Positions 61,907-64,000 of a stretch of DNA of 64,000 bases are shown here, in pieces. Location: the NCBI GenBank assembly GCA_030265395.1, contig JARFYF010000094.1:33469913-33533912 (forward strand), given 5' to 3'. The translations under genes were made by a program, and so were the position numbers. The notes beneath the pieces are model-generated. The model made no database searches. It saw only the letters and a program-made list of their open reading frames with translations, and was not told the origin of the DNA. Within the stretch, counting starts at the first letter, position 1; each line of letters begins with the position of its first letter. The stretch comes from Rhina ancylostomus. Lineage: Eukaryota.

Positions 61907-64000
61907 TAGGGCACTGGTATGTATGAAGATATTTTATATTGCAGTTAATATGGATAACTAAATACTTATACATTTACTTTAGCTCAATTAATCACTATTC
62001 CTTTGTACAATTTCAACATCATAAATGCCACCTTAAGCTCTTTAAATGGTTGTAAGCTGTTAAAATCTACACTTAAAGTGATTTTATTTTCCGATGCAGT
62101 ACCGCAAGAATGAAAAATATGGACACAGCAGTAAACATCCAGATCATTGAGTAAAACTGCAGTTTATTTATAATTAGCTGCAAATAACTGTGTAACTCTT
62201 AGTTATTTGTTGAATTAAAATGCTCTAAGTATCTTCATGCAAAATTAAACATTCTTGTAATATTTCAGTAATGAAGAGTAATACATCATGTGTGTTTTCC
62301 CTAATGTTAAAACTACTAACGCAGAGAAAGTTCCAGGTGCACAAAGATTAACGTAGTCAACAAGCAGCTGAGGGAATAACATGGGTGGACTTCAGTTCTG
62401 GCCTTGTGATGAACCTAAAGTCCTATGTATTTAAAATGATTTTTCTGTATTACTGTGTGTTATTTATAAAGCACAAAGAATGACATTGTCATGGCAGCAA
62501 AACAAGTAACAACATAGATGTCCTCCAGCAAGGAGTCACTCAATAACTCATTAACCCTCCTTTGGCCAAAACCGCACCTGAAAGCCAGAGCTCCTTTATT
62601 ACATTTACAGATTACTTGTACTGATTTACAGAAATAGTTTTTATTCAAGGAGTACTGTGTATACAGCTGGGAGGCATAAAGGAGTCTGTGGCAAGGAAAA
62701 AACTCAATTTCTAAAGCTTTGATGATAGCCATTTAAGTTTACAGCCACCACAGTGCAATCTAAAGTAAATACTGTAGTAACAAATGCAGCTCGTAAATTT
62801 TATTGAAATAGTATAAAGATTTTGAACAATTCTGAAAATAAAATAACTGCTTAATATATTGTACATAACCACTGGAAATATTTTCTATACCATATCCTAA
62901 TACTATAACCTTCATAGGATTTGATAGCTTTCTAAAAGTCTCCAAAACAAATCTTGATAAATAACAATTGCACAAATTCTGAAAGTTGAACAATACAAAA
63001 TACATTTGAACAATGCAATACCAATTGATAGAAAGATGAAATTAACTTTTGAACAATATTTATAAAGGCTGATGCCAACACGAAGGATGATCAATTCACC
63101 TGAGATGCACACACATCACCAAACTGCAAAAAACCCTCCAAAACACATCCCATTATAAGTAACTAAAAAAAAGATTTGTCATTTTTTTTCCTTTAAAAAA
63201 AGAGAACACAGGTTCACACTCATCATTCCACCAGCAAAGGTTGGAAGTCTGGAGGCCTAGGTATGTGCAGGCACAACATAAATACACATTCATTCATTTG
63301 TTCTTTCAAGTGTAACCTTAAACTAATTGGAAAAACAAATACACTCGCATTTAATCACCACAAAAATGGGACCCCCAGTTGCAAAAGCAAGTACTATGAA
63401 CCATAGCAAGTCAGATGTGTACTAGCTTAATCATCATGAAAACAGGACAAATACAACATAAATTATAGATTAACCTTGGCGAAAACAAACACGTAGTCAC
63501 CAAAAAGTTACAATGGGCACCATACCTCAAAAACCAGGCCTATATCCAATAAACCTAGGCAAAGAAACATACCATTGCACATTTGGAAACTCTCACGCAC
63601 TCTCATCTTCGAAACCCAGCTACACTCCAGCTAAGCCTTCCAGACAATTAGATACAACTAAAGCACCTGATAAATCAGACATGCAACTCACTACACCACC
63701 ATGAAAACCAGAAACATGCCCACAAACACCTAGAAGTCTGAAGTATTTTCACTAAACCAACAATAATGACAAACATAAACTATATATGCATGAAAATATC
63801 TGGAATGTCAGAAATGTTCCTACTTAAATCTGCAAAACAAAACTTAATTTCCACCATCAAGAAAAACATAAACATTGTCTTTTTTTGATAAGAATCTGGA
63901 AAATGAATAAAACTCCAAGAAAATAGGCACCAACCTACTAACCAATTACAAAGGATAAAAATTAGATATTTGCAGTTATATCGAGCCATTAATTTCCCAT

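Noticed and set aside
1-64000. Prokaryotic-type systems (CRISPR arrays, operons), tRNA or rRNA genes
   Set aside because: None seen. The DNA is vertebrate intronic sequence and the tRNA-like stretches are SINE heads.

Overview
Eukaryotic, repeat-rich, gapped genomic DNA from a cartilaginous fish, inferred from elasmobranch-type HE1/V-SINE, SacSINE1-like Deu-SINEs, CR1/L2/RTE LINEs and Penelope-derived fold-backs. The window appears to lie inside the large introns of a minus-strand FOXP gene, best matching FOXP1. One clear 90-nt coding exon (28149-28238) is present. About 1.3 kb upstream is a segment resembling the human FOXP1 alternative first exon, which here has in-frame stops and a FOX:ETS composite motif. 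The main surprise is a single intact fibronectin type III-8a exon (22145-22327) with canonical splice sites, inside a roughly 1.4 kb GC-richer block in the FOXP1 intron and on the same strand. Spliced into FOXP1 it would introduce a premature stop. It abuts a 100-N gap, so mis-assembly must be excluded. Most other ORFs in the track are transposon remnants or noise. All homology calls are from recognition or memory, not searches, and repeat boundaries are approximate.
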